A stretch of DNA of 64,000 nt from an uncultured Methanomicrobiaceae archaeon (GCA_963826525.1 CAWGXH010000004.1:480001-544000); one strand, 5' to 3'; counted from the stretch's first letter, positions 19,619-30,163 are shown. Numbers and translations: made by a program. Notes: generated by a model not told the origin, from the sequence alone.

Positions 19619-20383
19619 ATGGACCTTGATGAAGTGACAATCAGCAGAGCCATCGTCGAGGAGCAGAGCAGGGTGCTCCTCGAATATATGGAGATGGACG
19701 TTGCCGTCGTCGGCGGCGGCCCTTCCGGCCTTGCCTGTGCCGCACTGCTCGGTGAGCGGGGCGTGAAATGCGCCCTCATCGAGAAGAAACTCAGTGTCGG
19801 CGGCGGAATGTGGGGCGGGGGCATGATGTTCCCCCGCATCGTCGTCCAGGAAGAGGCACGACGGCTGCTCGACCGGTTCGATATCGCCTACCGCACCGCC
19901 TCGGAAGGCTACTACGTCGCGAGCTCCGTCGAAGCGGTCTCGAAACTGACCGCCGCGGCCTGCAACGCCGGCGTCGAGTTCTTCAACCTCACCACCGTCG
20001 AAGACGTCATGATCAAGGGCGACGGCCGCGTGAGCGGCCTCGTGATCAACTGGACGCCCGTCGAGATGGCGGGACTGCACGTCGATCCCCTCACGCTCGC
20101 GGCCGCGTATACGATCGACGCCACCGGCCACGACGCGATGGTCGCCCGCATGGTCGCAGCGAAGGGTGCCGACCTTGCAGTGAAGGGCGAAGGGTTCATG
20201 TGGGCCGAGCGGGCCGAGACGAACATCATCCGGCATACACGCGAGATCTACCCGGGCCTGATCGTCACCGGCATGGCGGCGAACGCCGTTGCGGGCGAGA
20301 GCCGGATGGGCCCGATCTTCGGAGGCATGCTCCTCTCGGGAGAGTTCGCCGCCGGGCTGGCCGCCGAAAAACTCAGGAGATAA
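19619..20383 (+). CDS. thi4: Sulfide-dependent adenosine diphosphate thiazole synthase (His-type Thi4)
   Basis: GGGPSGL, GGGMWGGGMMF, GLHVDP, DATGHDA, RMGPIFGGMLLSG. Confidence 0.95.
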   Translation: MDLDEVTISRAIVEEQSRVLLEYMEMDVAVVGGGPSGLACAALLGERGVKCALIEKKLSVGGGMWGGGMMFPRIVVQEEARRLLDRFDIAYRTASEGYYVASSVEAVSKLTAAACNAGVEFFNLTTVEDVMIKGDGRVSGLVINWTPVEMAGLHVDPLTLAAAYTIDATGHDAMVARMVAAKGADLAVKGEGFMWAERAETNIIRHTREIYPGLIVTGMAANAVAGESRMGPIFGGMLLSGEFAAGLAAEKLRR

Positions 20384-20412
20384 CAGTGTACCCGACCGTT
20401 CGGGATGATACT

Positions 20413-21069
20413 ATGACCACCGAGACTGATGACACGGCAACGCTTGCCGACCTGGCATACGGGATCTTCGAGATCGTCCTCAACCGCGAGCTCCTCTCGC
20501 GGGAGGACCGCTCTTCGAGCTCGTCGAAAGCGGGCAGGACTTCCGGGGCGACCTTCAGGAGATCTTCGCCAGGTTCGCCGAAGACTACCCGGAGCTCGCC
20601 GAAGCCCTGGAGAACCGGTTCGGCTCGACGGATGCGATATACGAACTCCTCCTCACCGGGGAGGGCGTCTCCCCCTCGAAGACCACCCGGATGTACTGGA
20701 TCGTCCAGGACGCCCCGGAGACCGGGTGCGGGCAGGCCGACGACGAGCCTCGGCGGCAAATGGCTCATCTTCGTCGACCCGGCCGATGCGGACGAAGCGT
20801 GGCGGCGGGTCAGGAACGAGACCGCTGCCGGTCGGCTCGGCACCTCGGCACGGGTTAGCACCGCAAAAAAGAACCCCGACGCCCGCGACGACCGGACGGT
20901 CATCTACGTACACACCCCCGACTGGCGCGACGAGGCGGACGTCATGCGGGTGCGCGAGCGGCTGCGTGAGCTCGGGTTCACCGAGCGGCTCGGCTACAAA
21001 CGCAATATCGAGACCTACCAGGGCGAGTACAGCGAGATGGGAAAGAAGGTCACGTTCTACAGTGCGTGA
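20413..21069 (+). CDS. DUF1917 family protein (eIF4E-like fold); frameshifts near 20505 and 20745
   Basis: GKWLIF...SARVST...VIYVHTPDWRDEADVMRVRERLRELG...YK. Confidence 0.8.
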   Translation: MTTETDDTATLADLAYGIFEIVLNRELLSREDRSSSSSKAGRTSGATFRRSSPGSPKTTRSSPKPWRTGSARRMRYTNSSSPGRASPPRRPPGCTGSSRTPRRPGAGRPTTSLGGKWLIFVDPADADEAWRRVRNETAAGRLGTSARVSTAKKNPDARDDRTVIYVHTPDWRDEADVMRVRERLRELGFTERLGYKRNIETYQGEYSEMGKKVTFYSA

Positions 21070-21184
21070 CGCTCCCACAAAGGCTCGAAAAAGAGAGTGG
21101 CTGATCCACGGAGAAGAATCCGGGGAGGCCTGTCCTTATTTTCCGTATCGTTCCGGCTCTCCGGAGTCTACCGGGCGTTAGGGA

Positions 21185-21331
21185 TTATGCCTTCCGCTCT
21201 TTGGACTTTGCCCGGAGGTTCTCGTATCCGCACTTGCGGCAACGGGTTGCGCGGATCGCGTTCCGTGCATTGCATTTCATGCAGATCTTTACGTTGAGTA
21301 ATCGTGCTTCTGCTTCAGCGAATCGTGCCAT
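21185..21331 (-). CDS. rpl40e: 50S ribosomal protein L40e (absent from ORF track)
   Basis: [48 protein letters not shown]. Confidence 0.96.
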   Translation of the reverse strand: MARFAEAEARLLNVKICMKCNARNAIRATRCRKCGYENLRAKSKERKA

Positions 21332-21403
21332 GAATCAAACACCACTTGTCAGTTTACTACTATTCGTTCTCTGAACTTTTAACAGTTCTGTCCGTCGACC
21401 CCG

Positions 21404-21952
21404 CTAGGCGGAGAGCGTGCCGACCATCCATTCACGGAAAAGGGCAAGCGCTCGTGCCCGGTGCGATATCCTGCTCTTCTCGGCGAGCGGGATCTCCGCG
21501 AGCGTCCGGCCCTGGTACTCGAAGATCGGGTCGTAGCCGAACCCCGCATCCCCGCGCGGCTGAACAATGCTGCCCCGGAGCACCCCGCGGAAGATCCGGA
21601 TACCCCGCTCGTCCGCGTACGCGATCGCCGTCTCGAAGTGAGCGTTCCGGTCCTGCACACCCTCCATCAGCTTCAGAATCCCATCGTTCCCGAGGGTACC
21701 GGCGACGTAGGCGGCATACGGCCCGGGAAACCCCCGGAGAGCATCGACGGAGAATGCCGTGTCGTCGACGATCAACGGGCGGCGCAGAGTCTCGAAGGCA
21801 TAGCGTGCCTTCTCGCGGGCGATCTCGCCGACATCGTCGGCGCGATACTCCGGGCAGTCGAGGGGGACATGCTCCACCTCGAGCATTCCTGCAAAGTAGG
21901 CGGCGACCTCGCGGGCTTTATTCTGGTTGCCGGTCACCACCGCGAGCTTCAC
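21404..21952 (-). CDS. rdgB: Non-canonical purine NTP pyrophosphatase (RdgB/HAM1)
   Basis: TGNQNKARE, DDT, GFPGPY, GFGYDPIF, SHR. Confidence 0.95.
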   Translation of the reverse strand: MKLAVVTGNQNKAREVAAYFAGMLEVEHVPLDCPEYRADDVGEIAREKARYAFETLRRPLIVDDTAFSVDALRGFPGPYAAYVAGTLGNDGILKLMEGVQDRNAHFETAIAYADERGIRIFRGVLRGSIVQPRGDAGFGYDPIFEYQGRTLAEIPLAEKSRISHRARALALFREWMVGTLSA

Positions 21953-23532
21953 AGGTACCGCCCCCGCAGTTCCACCTCGCGCTCGCGGGCGAGCACCTCG
22001 TCGGCACCCGCAAAGGCGCTGGCGTATCCCTCGATGAAGGCCGCTTTCAGTCTCTCGTGGGCATCGGTTGTGCTCTCGAGCGTCTGGAAGAGGACGTGCA
22101 GGTCAACCCCGCGGCTCTCGAGCTCGGACGAGACGTGGGCAAGTCCGAAGTCGATCAGCACGCACTGCCCCTGGTCGAGGATCATATTGCTCGTCGTGAG
22201 GTCGCCGTGGATGATCCCGGCGCCGTGGAGCCTCCCGACAGCGACGCCTGCAAGCCGAAGACTTGCCGGACTCATCGCGTACTTCAGCACGTCGCCCTCG
22301 ATCCGCTCCATCACGATGGTATCGGCGGTGATCTCCCTGATAATCGGGGTTCGCACTCCCGCACGCCGCGCCATCGAGATCAGCCGCGCCTCTGCCCGCG
22401 TCCGCTCGGCGATCAGCCGCCGGTCGAGAAGCTCGTTCCGGTAGCGTTTGCTCACCCTGCGCTTGGCGACGTCGCCGCCCAGAACCCCGACGACCGCTTC
22501 CGCCCCCCGGAGTTCTCCGTCCTCGAGCGAAACACCCCGGACGGCTTCACCCGGATCGGGCCGCCAGACGACCTCCACCTCGTCCGCCCGGTATCCCGGC
22601 CGTACCTGCGACGCTTCGATCGGGAGCGAGACGCCGTGCTCGAGCATGATCTTGCCGGTATAGGCGATCATCGCCCCGTTATCGCCGAGGTACGTCCGTT
22701 CGGGCACCGCAAAGCGAGCCCCGCGGTCCTCGCACATCTCCCGCAGCATCTCCTGGAGACGGCTGTTCGCCCCGACCCCGCCGACGAGGAGCACCTCCTC
22801 CTTCCCGGCGTGGGCGAGGGCCCGCTCCGTCACCTCGACGCACATCGCAAACGCCGTCTCCTGCAGCCCGTGGCAGGCATCCTCGAGGGACGCTCCGCTC
22901 TCCTGCGCTGCGCTGATGAGGCCGGAGAACGCAAGGTCCATCCCCTTCACCGTATACGGGAGCTCGATATATTCCCCATCCCGGGCGAGCCGTTCGACCA
23001 CCGGCCCCCCGGGGTGCGGAAGGCCGTGGCTCCGGGCAAACTTATCGAGCGCGTTCCCGATCCCGATATCGAGCGTCTCCCCGAAGATCCGGTACCTGCC
23101 GTTCAGGTAACCGAGCACCTGGGTGTTCGCCCCGCTCGCGTAGAGCACGATCGGATCGTCGAACCCGGTGGCCCACCGCCCGATCTCGACGTGCGCCACG
23201 CAGTGGTTCACCCCGACGAGCGGGAGATCGAGCGCGAGGGCGAGTGCCCGGGCGGCCGTCGCCACGGTCCGGAGGCACGGCCCGAGCCCCGGCCCCTGGG
23301 AGAACGCGATTCCCGTCAGGTTCCCGGCGGCAGGCAGGACGCGGGCGATAACCTCCCGCATCACGGAGGCATGGTGCTGCGCCGCTTCACGCGGGTGAAT
23401 CCCGCCGGTGGGAGGAGAATACGGCGAAGAATGGAGTGCGACGAGCTTGTCGCCAAAAACAGCGGCGCTGAGGTTCCATGCTGTGCCCTCCAGTCCCAGC
23501 ACCTCTCCAACTGGCGGCGTAACTTCAGGCAT
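21949..23532 (-). CDS. kae1-bud32: Bifunctional t6A synthase Kae1 / Bud32 kinase fusion (KEOPS)
   Basis: GGIHPREAA, VNHCVAHVE, GDNGAMIA; C-terminal HGDLTTSN and IDFGL. Confidence 0.96.
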   Translation of the reverse strand: MPEVTPPVGEVLGLEGTAWNLSAAVFGDKLVALHSSPYSPPTGGIHPREAAQHHASVMREVIARVLPAAGNLTGIAFSQGPGLGPCLRTVATAARALALALDLPLVGVNHCVAHVEIGRWATGFDDPIVLYASGANTQVLGYLNGRYRIFGETLDIGIGNALDKFARSHGLPHPGGPVVERLARDGEYIELPYTVKGMDLAFSGLISAAQESGASLEDACHGLQETAFAMCVEVTERALAHAGKEEVLLVGGVGANSRLQEMLREMCEDRGARFAVPERTYLGDNGAMIAYTGKIMLEHGVSLPIEASQVRPGYRADEVEVVWRPDPGEAVRGVSLEDGELRGAEAVVGVLGGDVAKRRVSKRYRNELLDRRLIAERTRAEARLISMARRAGVRTPIIREITADTIVMERIEGDVLKYAMSPASLRLAGVAVGRLHGAGIIHGDLTTSNMILDQGQCVLIDFGLAHVSSELESRGVDLHVLFQTLESTTDAHERLKAAFIEGYASAFAGADEVLAREREVELRGRYL

Positions 23533-23644
23533 GAACCGACCGATTGTCCTATCCGGGTTGATTATACGAAAGACTGATAATTCAGTCGCCAGACCCGGTG
23601 AAAAGTTTCACACGTTGTTCCTGGAGACCGAGTGTCTCTGCTGT

Positions 23645-23797
23645 CTACTTTTTAAATTCGGTGTAGCCGCACTTGCCGCATGCACTGCGGTCCGGGTGCG
23701 CGGCCATCAGAATACCAGGGCCGCACCGGGGGCAGTGCCGCTTCTGCAGGACTGCACGGTCACCCTCGACCGTGTAACACTCTGAACGCTTCGCCAT
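23645..23797 (-). CDS. rps27ae: 30S ribosomal protein S27ae (absent from ORF track)
   Basis: KRHCPRCGPGILMAAHPDRSACGKCGYTEFKK*. Confidence 0.95.
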   Translation of the reverse strand: MAKRSECYTVEGDRAVLQKRHCPRCGPGILMAAHPDRSACGKCGYTEFKK

Positions 23798-23799
23798 AT

Positions 23800-24093
23800 T
23801 CAGGCCTCGCTCTCGCCGGCGGCGGATCCCCGCTTGAGCAGGTAATCGCGTTCGGTCTGCAGCTTGCTCTCTTCATTGTCGTAGATCCGGGCGACGCCGG
23901 TCGCTTCCATCTTCCCGAAACGGGTCTTCAGCGAATCGATCACAACCAGATTCTCCTTCTGGTTCTGGAGCGCGGCAATCTTCTCGAGGATGATCTTCCG
24001 GGACGGGGTTGCGCCTTCGTAGGTAAGGGTAAACGACAGCTCCCGCCGGTTTAACAGTTCGTTCCTCATATCACGTGTGAATTCAAAGTTCAT
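23800..24093 (-). CDS. rps24e: 30S ribosomal protein S24e
   Basis: NELLNRREL...GATPSR...TRFG. Confidence 0.95.
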   Translation of the reverse strand: MNFEFTRDMRNELLNRRELSFTLTYEGATPSRKIILEKIAALQNQKENLVVIDSLKTRFGKMEATGVARIYDNEESKLQTERDYLLKRGSAAGESEA

Positions 24094-24147
24094 CGGTATC
24101 CCTCAAATATTGTAGGCATATTTATTTAAAACATAGGGCTCGCCGGT

Positions 24148-24633
24148 TCACGCGGTGACGAAGAGACGGAGCAGGGATGCTGCTGCTTCTTTCGCCTTCG
24201 CGTCGACGATGCGCATGACGACGCCCTCTCCGGGCTGCCCGTAGAGAACGGCCGACCCCAGCGGAGCGGCGATGACCATCGGGATCACCCCGAGATCCTC
24301 CTCGCCGTCGACGACGATGAGCCGGGGAGGATCGGCCACTGCCTCCTCGATCGCCGTTATGAGATCGTCGGTGATCGTCCCGGCCGGGTTCACTGCGCTC
24401 ACCTTCCGGCTCTGGAGAAGGGGTGACTGGGTAACGGGCGTACGCATCGTATACCCGTCGATAACGGCGACGTCGGGGGTGACGCCCAGTTTCGCGAGGT
24501 TCTGCGTGACGACGTCCCCGACGACGTAGATCTTCCGGCCTTCGAGAGCGGGGAGCAGATCTCCGATGTCGGGATAGAGGACACCGAAGGGCTTTTTGAA
24601 ACAGTCCCTGTGCTCGTCCGGAAGCCTGTACAT
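24148..24633 (-). CDS. GTP-dependent dephospho-CoA kinase (DUF359)
   Basis: VGDVVT, NPAGTIT, VDGEEDL, VLYGQPGEG; conserved synteny. Confidence 0.9.
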   Translation of the reverse strand: MYRLPDEHRDCFKKPFGVLYPDIGDLLPALEGRKIYVVGDVVTQNLAKLGVTPDVAVIDGYTMRTPVTQSPLLQSRKVSAVNPAGTITDDLITAIEEAVADPPRLIVVDGEEDLGVIPMVIAAPLGSAVLYGQPGEGVVMRIVDAKAKEAAASLLRLFVTA

Positions 24634-24839
24634 CAGCGGACCTTCAGAGCGTACCGTCCGGCCATGGTGATCTTCATCTTCTTTGCGATCTCCGAGTGCT
24701 CGGGATCGATGATCACCAGGTAACCGGCCCAGTCTTCGCTTAAGTTGGACGTCCCGCAGATCACACAGGCCTCTCCGTCGACGACCCGGTGACAGTCCCT
24801 GCAGACCTGCACCTGTTTCTTACTCTTACGCACCACCAT
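24633..24839 (-). CDS. spt4: Transcription elongation factor Spt4 (RpoE'')
   Basis: CRDCH..CVICG..SEDWAGY..IDPEHSEIAK..GRYALKVR. Confidence 0.95.
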   Translation of the reverse strand: MVVRKSKKQVQVCRDCHRVVDGEACVICGTSNLSEDWAGYLVIIDPEHSEIAKKMKITMAGRYALKVR

Positions 24840-25408
24840 GGGCACCACTCCGCTCTTTCTCCCGCTCGAGTTCCTCTTCCAGCCAGCGCTCGGTTCCAAG
24901 TCCCGACTGCCGCATCGTGAGGCCGATCTTGCTCTCCCGGGGCTCCCGCTCGTTCAGCGAGAGTGCCACGATACGTGCCCGGATGCCGTCGCCTACCGCA
25001 ATGTAGCGTTTCGACTCCTGACAGATCAGGCGGGCATTCTTCTCGTCGTAGCTGATATAGTCGTCGGACATCTGGCTCACGTGCAGCATCGCATCGATGG
25101 GCCCAAGGCTGATGAACGCACCGAAACTGGTCGTCTCGACGACCTGACCCTCGATGACCTCCTGCAGGGCGAGGCGGAGCACCAGCGCTTCGAAGCGAAC
25201 GTCGTAGTATACCGCCCCGTCTCCGGGAATCAGTTCTCCCTGACCGACGTTCAGTATCTTCGTGACGGCAATATAGATGCCGATCTCTTTCGTAATGCTT
25301 CCTTCAAGCCTGCTCCTGCAGCACGTTCAGGATAACTTTCTCAAGATCCTCACCGAGGCGGTTTGGGGGAACCCGAACCTTATCCTCCAGCGTCATTTTG
25401 AAATACAT
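24826..25408 (-). CDS. rpoE1: RNA polymerase subunit E' (Rpo7); frameshift near 25310
   Basis: MYFKMTLEDKVRVPP, GDGAVYY, FGAFISLGPIDAMLHVSQ, KIGLTMRQSGLG. Confidence 0.93.
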
Positions 25409-25414
25409 TGCTAT

Positions 25415-25794
25415 CTATCCCCGGATCAATTCCAGCGTCTTCTGTTTTCTCATCGTAACGACGGCGATACCCCGGCCAAGCAGGGTTTTCCTGAGGTTTC
25501 TATCGTTGGTGACGACGATACAACCTTCGCGCTCGGCATACTCGACCACCCGTTCGTCGACATACCGGCGGTCACTCCCACTCGGGACGATCGTCGAACG
25601 CTGTGCCATGGCAAGGCCGATACGCGCGGCGGCCGCGTCTTTCCCACGCCCCCGGGCGAGGCCCGAGACTCCGCGACCACATCTTCGAGCGTAACCGCCT
25701 CATAGTCTCCGACAAGGAGGCGGAGTTCATCATAGATATCGATGCCAAACTGTCCCGGCATCATCAGGGCGTTGGCATCCAGGAGTACTTTCAC
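25415..25794 (-). CDS. PIN-domain protein; frameshifted
   Basis: VLLDANALM...VDE..IVVTNDRNLR; conserved position between eIF2g and rpoE'. Confidence 0.85.
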
Positions 25795-27024
25795 TCGGTC
25801 AGGACTCCCATGCCGATCAACCGCCATCGCCCCCCCACCTGCCGGCTGATGGCAATGCGTGCACCGATCTCAGCGCAGACCGGCCGTTTAAGCTGAACTT
25901 CTATCGTGTTCTTCTTCGTGTTCACCACGACGCCGACGGTCACCGCGGTACCGACGGAGAGCATGAGCGGTTCTTTGTGCTTCAGCGGCTCGATGAGCTG
26001 CTCGCTGTCCGAACCGACGACGCGGTCCATCAGCGTCACCTCGAACTTCATCTTCTCCCAGACGGGGGAGCTTATCGACGTGCCCGGCTACCTGTCCCGC
26101 AAGCGCATCGCTCTTCGTGAGAGCCGGGTCAAGTTTCGTCGCGAGTCCGAGCAGCCCGCCGGGCGTCGCTTCGGTTACTTTGATCGAACCGGCGTTGATG
26201 GAAGTGATCTTCGTCATTATCGGTTCCCACTTCGTCCGGTTCTCGACCTGAAGCTGCCGGCCGGGTCGGATCTCGATATCGTCACCCTCTTTGAGGATAC
26301 CCCGGGTCAGGGATCCCCCGACGACACCGCCCTTCACATCCCGCCAGCTGCAGCCGGGTTTATTGATGTCGAACGACCGTGCGATGAGCATGATAGGTTC
26401 ATCATCCGGGTTCCGCTCAGGCTCGGGGATCGTCTCATCGAGAGCCTGAATCAGTGCGCCGATATTGATGCCCTTCTGTGCCGAGATCGGGATGATTGGG
26501 GCATTCTCCGCAACGGTTCCCTTAATGAATTTCTTTATCTGCTGATAGTGCGCCACCGCTTCGGTCTGGGTGACGACATCGATCTTATTCTGGACAATAA
26601 CAATATTCTTTATTCCTACCAGTTCAAGCGCCATCAGGTGCTCTTTCGTCTGGGGCTGGGGACAGGCCTCGTTGGCGGCGATAACGAGCATCGCTCCGTC
26701 CATGAGCGCCGAGCCGGAGAGCATCGTCGCCATCAGCGTCTCGTGGCCGGGAGCATCCACGAAGGAGACCGTCCGGAACGCCTCCACCTTTGAACCGCAC
26801 TTCGGGCACTCCGGGGTGCTCGTAAATGCTTCAGCGCCCTCGCAGCCTTCACACCGGTAAAACGTGGCGTCGGCATATCCGAGTCGGATGGAGATTCCTC
26901 GCTTGATCTCTTCACTATGCCTGTCCGTCCAGACTCCTGTCAGCGAACTGACAAGCGTGGTCTTGCCGTGATCGACATGACCTACAAGCCCAATATTGAC
27001 ACCCGGAATGTGTACATCACGCAA
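25791..27024 (-). CDS. eif2g: Translation initiation factor aIF2 gamma; frameshift near 26062
   Basis: [35 protein letters not shown]. Confidence 0.96.
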
Positions 27025-27211
27025 AAGTACTCGAACCTCCTTACTCTATATATGGTGACACTACTTATACATAATCAGTGATGGTTATCGAATCGCTCTC
27101 TTTTGTGAATTGCACAGTTTCCTGATCAATCCCATACAATGAGGAGAGAGGGAACATACTTCGTGTGAAAAACATTCCCGGGATGAGGGAAAGTTTAAAC
27201 ATTGCATATGA

Positions 27212-27239
27212 GTAATAAAACAGTGAGCACGAGTATGAC
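27212..27239. promoter_or_regulatory. Candidate NikR operator overlapping the nikR start codon
   Basis: GTAATA-N16-TATGAC imperfect palindrome just downstream of TTTAAA TATA box at ~27194. Confidence 0.45.
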
Positions 27240-27658
27240 AGGTGATGCAGAACTATCACGAATCGGGATCTCGCTTCCAAAGAACCTGCTCGACAAGTTC
27301 GATGAGATTTTGACTCTTCGTGGATATTCGTCCCGTTCTGAGGGGATACGGGATTCAATCCGGAACTATATCACGCACTATCAGTGGATCTCCGATGTCA
27401 AGGGCGAACGCCAGGGGGTCATCACCATGGTCTACGACCACGACCAGCGGGGACTCCTGCAGACGCTCACCGAGATCCAGCATGACTACGCCGGGATCAT
27501 CCAGGCATCGCTCCACTCGCACGTGACGCATAACAAATGCCTGGAAGTCATCCTGATCCGGGGCGACGGAGACTGAACTGAAGAATATTGCCGAGAAACT
27601 GATGTCGCAGAAAGGAGTGGAGTCGGTCAAGCTGACGACGATTCCGATCGGCGATTAG
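27235..27658 (+). CDS. nikR: Nickel-responsive regulator NikR; frameshift near 27570
   Basis: RIGISLP..LL..FD, SSRSEGIRD, YDH, HSHVTHNKCLEVI; tail KGVESVKLT after the shift. Confidence 0.93.
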
Positions 27659-27948
27659 CCGCCTCCCTCGCAACTCTGATCGGTGGTAACCCAGGCATCT
27701 TTGAGTTTCTCCGCAAACTCTTTTTCCTCTTCGAGGAACGTCTCGATGTTCCGCTCTTCGCCGCGTCTCCGCTCGACGGCTCCCACTCCTCCGACGGGGA
27801 CGAGCTGGTCGACCCGGTAGAAGAGATGGGTACCGTCAGGCTCGGCGTACTGCAGGCCGTCTATCTCTTCGAGCGCGATGACCGTGCCCGACGTTCCTGT
27901 TCGGGGATACCGCACCGGAATACCGACTGCAACCTCGTCAACGTTCAT
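27655..27948 (-). CDS. DUF2098 family methanogen protein
   Basis: VGIPVRYPRTGTSGTV; C-terminal CEGGG. Confidence 0.75.
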   Translation of the reverse strand: MNVDEVAVGIPVRYPRTGTSGTVIALEEIDGLQYAEPDGTHLFYRVDQLVPVGGVGAVERRRGEERNIETFLEEEKEFAEKLKDAWVTTDQSCEGGG

Positions 27949-28003
27949 GCGGTAGGGTGTAATCTGCTAAACTATAAATGATCCCCTTGCCTGATCTGTA
28001 CCG

Positions 28004-29179
28004 ATGAAGTGCACGATCCGGCAGGTTGAGAAGCGTTACTTCGACGGCACGCACCGGTTCAAATCCCCCGAGGAGACATACGCCGATATCGCCCCGCTGA
28101 TGGATCAGATAGGAGTCACCGAGGTCGTCGATATCACCTCCCTCGACCGTCTCGGCATCCCCGTCTACTCCGCCGCCCGGCCGAACGCCGCCCCCGGATC
28201 GGTCAAGGTCCATGCGGGGAAAGGGAAGGAGCCGATCCACGCGGAGGTCTCTGCCATGATGGAGGCGCTCGAGCGCTACTGTGGCGAGTACCACGGCGAC
28301 CGAATGGAGTATGCGACCTACGCGGAGATGGGTATCCATCGGGCGATCGACCCCGAAGATCTCCTTCTCCCGCGCCGGGTCGGCCAGCACGAGAAGATCC
28401 ACTGGAGTCCCGGGTGGGACCTGCTCAATGACGAGGAGATCTATCTCCCGAGCAACGCCGTCTTCCACCCCTACGATACCCTCGGCATGACGATGCCGAT
28501 CTTCCGGAGCGATACGAACGGGCTTGCGTCCGGGAACGTTCTCGAGGAGGCGATCCTGCACGGCATGCTCGAGGTGCTGGAGCGGGCGGATCTCAGCATC
28601 GCCGAAGAGCAGCGCTCGCTCGGGCAGCGCCTCGTAATCGAACACGACTGCCCCGCCCGAGAGGTGATCGAGCGGTTCGAGGAGAACGGTATCCGGATCC
28701 ACCTCTGGCTGCTCGAGGGGAAGACCGGAATTTCGACGGTTGCCGCGGCGGCGGACGACACCGTCACTCGCGACCCCGCCATGCTCGTCATGGGCTCCGG
28801 GACCCACACCTGCCCTGAGATCGCCGCACTCCGTGCGGTAACCGAGGTGGCGCAGAGCAGAGCCAGTTACCTGCAGGGCGGCCGGACAGACCCGCAGCGC
28901 GAGCTCTTCATGCAGAAGGTCGGCTACGAGCGGTTCAAGCGGATCAACAAAATGTGGTTCGGCGATGCCGAGACCGTCGATATCGCGGACCTGCCCGATT
29001 ACAGCACGGCGTACTTCGACGAGGATATCCGGCGGACACTGGACGAGATAGGCGAGCACGCCGACCGCGTCTGCGTCTGCGACCTCTCCCGGACACCGGT
29101 GCCGGTCGTCCGGGTAGTCATCCCCGGCTTCGAAGTCTCGCATATCGATAAGGACCGGCGGCGCGCAGGCTCCCCATAA
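28004..29179 (+). CDS. ycaO: YcaO-family protein (McrA thioglycine-forming type)
   Basis: DITSLDRLGIPV, AGKG, SAMMEALER, DTNGLASGN..EEAILHG..EVLER, RAVTEVAQSR; lacks a PxP C-terminus. Confidence 0.9.
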   Translation: MKCTIRQVEKRYFDGTHRFKSPEETYADIAPLMDQIGVTEVVDITSLDRLGIPVYSAARPNAAPGSVKVHAGKGKEPIHAEVSAMMEALERYCGEYHGDRMEYATYAEMGIHRAIDPEDLLLPRRVGQHEKIHWSPGWDLLNDEEIYLPSNAVFHPYDTLGMTMPIFRSDTNGLASGNVLEEAILHGMLEVLERADLSIAEEQRSLGQRLVIEHDCPAREVIERFEENGIRIHLWLLEGKTGISTVAAAADDTVTRDPAMLVMGSGTHTCPEIAALRAVTEVAQSRASYLQGGRTDPQRELFMQKVGYERFKRINKMWFGDAETVDIADLPDYSTAYFDEDIRRTLDEIGEHADRVCVCDLSRTPVPVVRVVIPGFEVSHIDKDRRRAGSP

Positions 29180-30157
29180 TCAATAGAACTGCACTTTTTT
29201 CAGGATGGAGACGATCTCCTCCGTCGCATGCCGGACGGACACTACCTCCTCTCCCGCAGGGTCAGAGCGCCTGCCCTGCAGCGCACGGAAGATGTGACGG
29301 ATCGCTTCACCGTGGCTCGGCCCGTAGCCTCCTTCGAGGACGAGGGCGAGAGCGATGTCGGTGCAATCGGCGAGAAGGCCGGTCAGCACCCCGAAATCCG
29401 CCGGAACGAGCAGCATCCTGCCATGCTCGTCGTCGAAAAGAGGATCCTGGCCTGCCGAGACGATCAGCACATCGGGTTTGAAGCGATCGATCGCCGGGAT
29501 GAAGACGTCCCGGAAGACGAGGAGGTAGTCGGCGAGCGTCGAGCCCGGCAGGAGCGGGGCGTTGAGCGTATACCCCCGCCCCCGGCCGGTGCCGACCTCG
29601 TCCACCCACCCGGTCTTTGGAAAACTGTTCGCCTCGTGAACGGAGCAGTACAGCACCTGGTCGCTGCCGTAAAAGATAGACTGGGTGCCGTTCCCGTGGT
29701 GCAGGTCCCAGTCGAGGATAGCGACGCGGTCGACGGACAGAAGCGCCCGTGCCGCTGCCACCGCGGCGTTGTTGAATATGCAGAACCCCATCGCCCGGTC
29801 GGCCTCGGCGTGGTGGCCGGGCGGGCGCACCAGGGCAAAACAGTGTTCTCCGTCGAGCGACCGATCCACCGCCGCACAGGCCGAACCGGCAGCATAGGAG
29901 GCCACCTCGAAGGACTGGCCGGTGACGTAGGTGTTTGCGTCGAGATAGTACGTCCCGCTCGTAAACTCGCGGATCCACCGGACATGCTGGGGGCGGTGAA
30001 CCCGCTCGAGGTCGGCGACCGACGCCCGGACCGGGTCACGCCACTTCAGCCCGTCCGGAACGCCGGAGAGCACCGTCCGGAGACGGGCGCCGGATTCCGT
30101 ATGGTGCTCCATGTCGTGGCGGGCAAACACGTCACCGTAAACTACCGAGCACCTCAT
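29180..30157 (-). CDS. Histone deacetylase family protein
   Basis: RPPGHHA, GFCIFNN, DWDLHHGNGTQ, SAGQD, LEGGY. Confidence 0.95.
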   Translation of the reverse strand: MRCSVVYGDVFARHDMEHHTESGARLRTVLSGVPDGLKWRDPVRASVADLERVHRPQHVRWIREFTSGTYYLDANTYVTGQSFEVASYAAGSACAAVDRSLDGEHCFALVRPPGHHAEADRAMGFCIFNNAAVAAARALLSVDRVAILDWDLHHGNGTQSIFYGSDQVLYCSVHEANSFPKTGWVDEVGTGRGRGYTLNAPLLPGSTLADYLLVFRDVFIPAIDRFKPDVLIVSAGQDPLFDDEHGRMLLVPADFGVLTGLLADCTDIALALVLEGGYGPSHGEAIRHIFRALQGRRSDPAGEEVVSVRHATEEIVSILKKVQFY

Positions 30158-30163
30158 TGCACG

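Noticed and set aside
21949-23532. Kae1-Bud32 fusion, SufCB minimal system and TPS/TPP fusion as novelties
   Set aside because: All are established features of euryarchaeal or methanogen genomes.
21346-23577. Long antisense ORFs (743 aa here; also 27938..29143, 29228..30718, 50161..51990)
   Set aside because: Shadow ORFs typical of high-GC coding DNA opposite well-supported genes.
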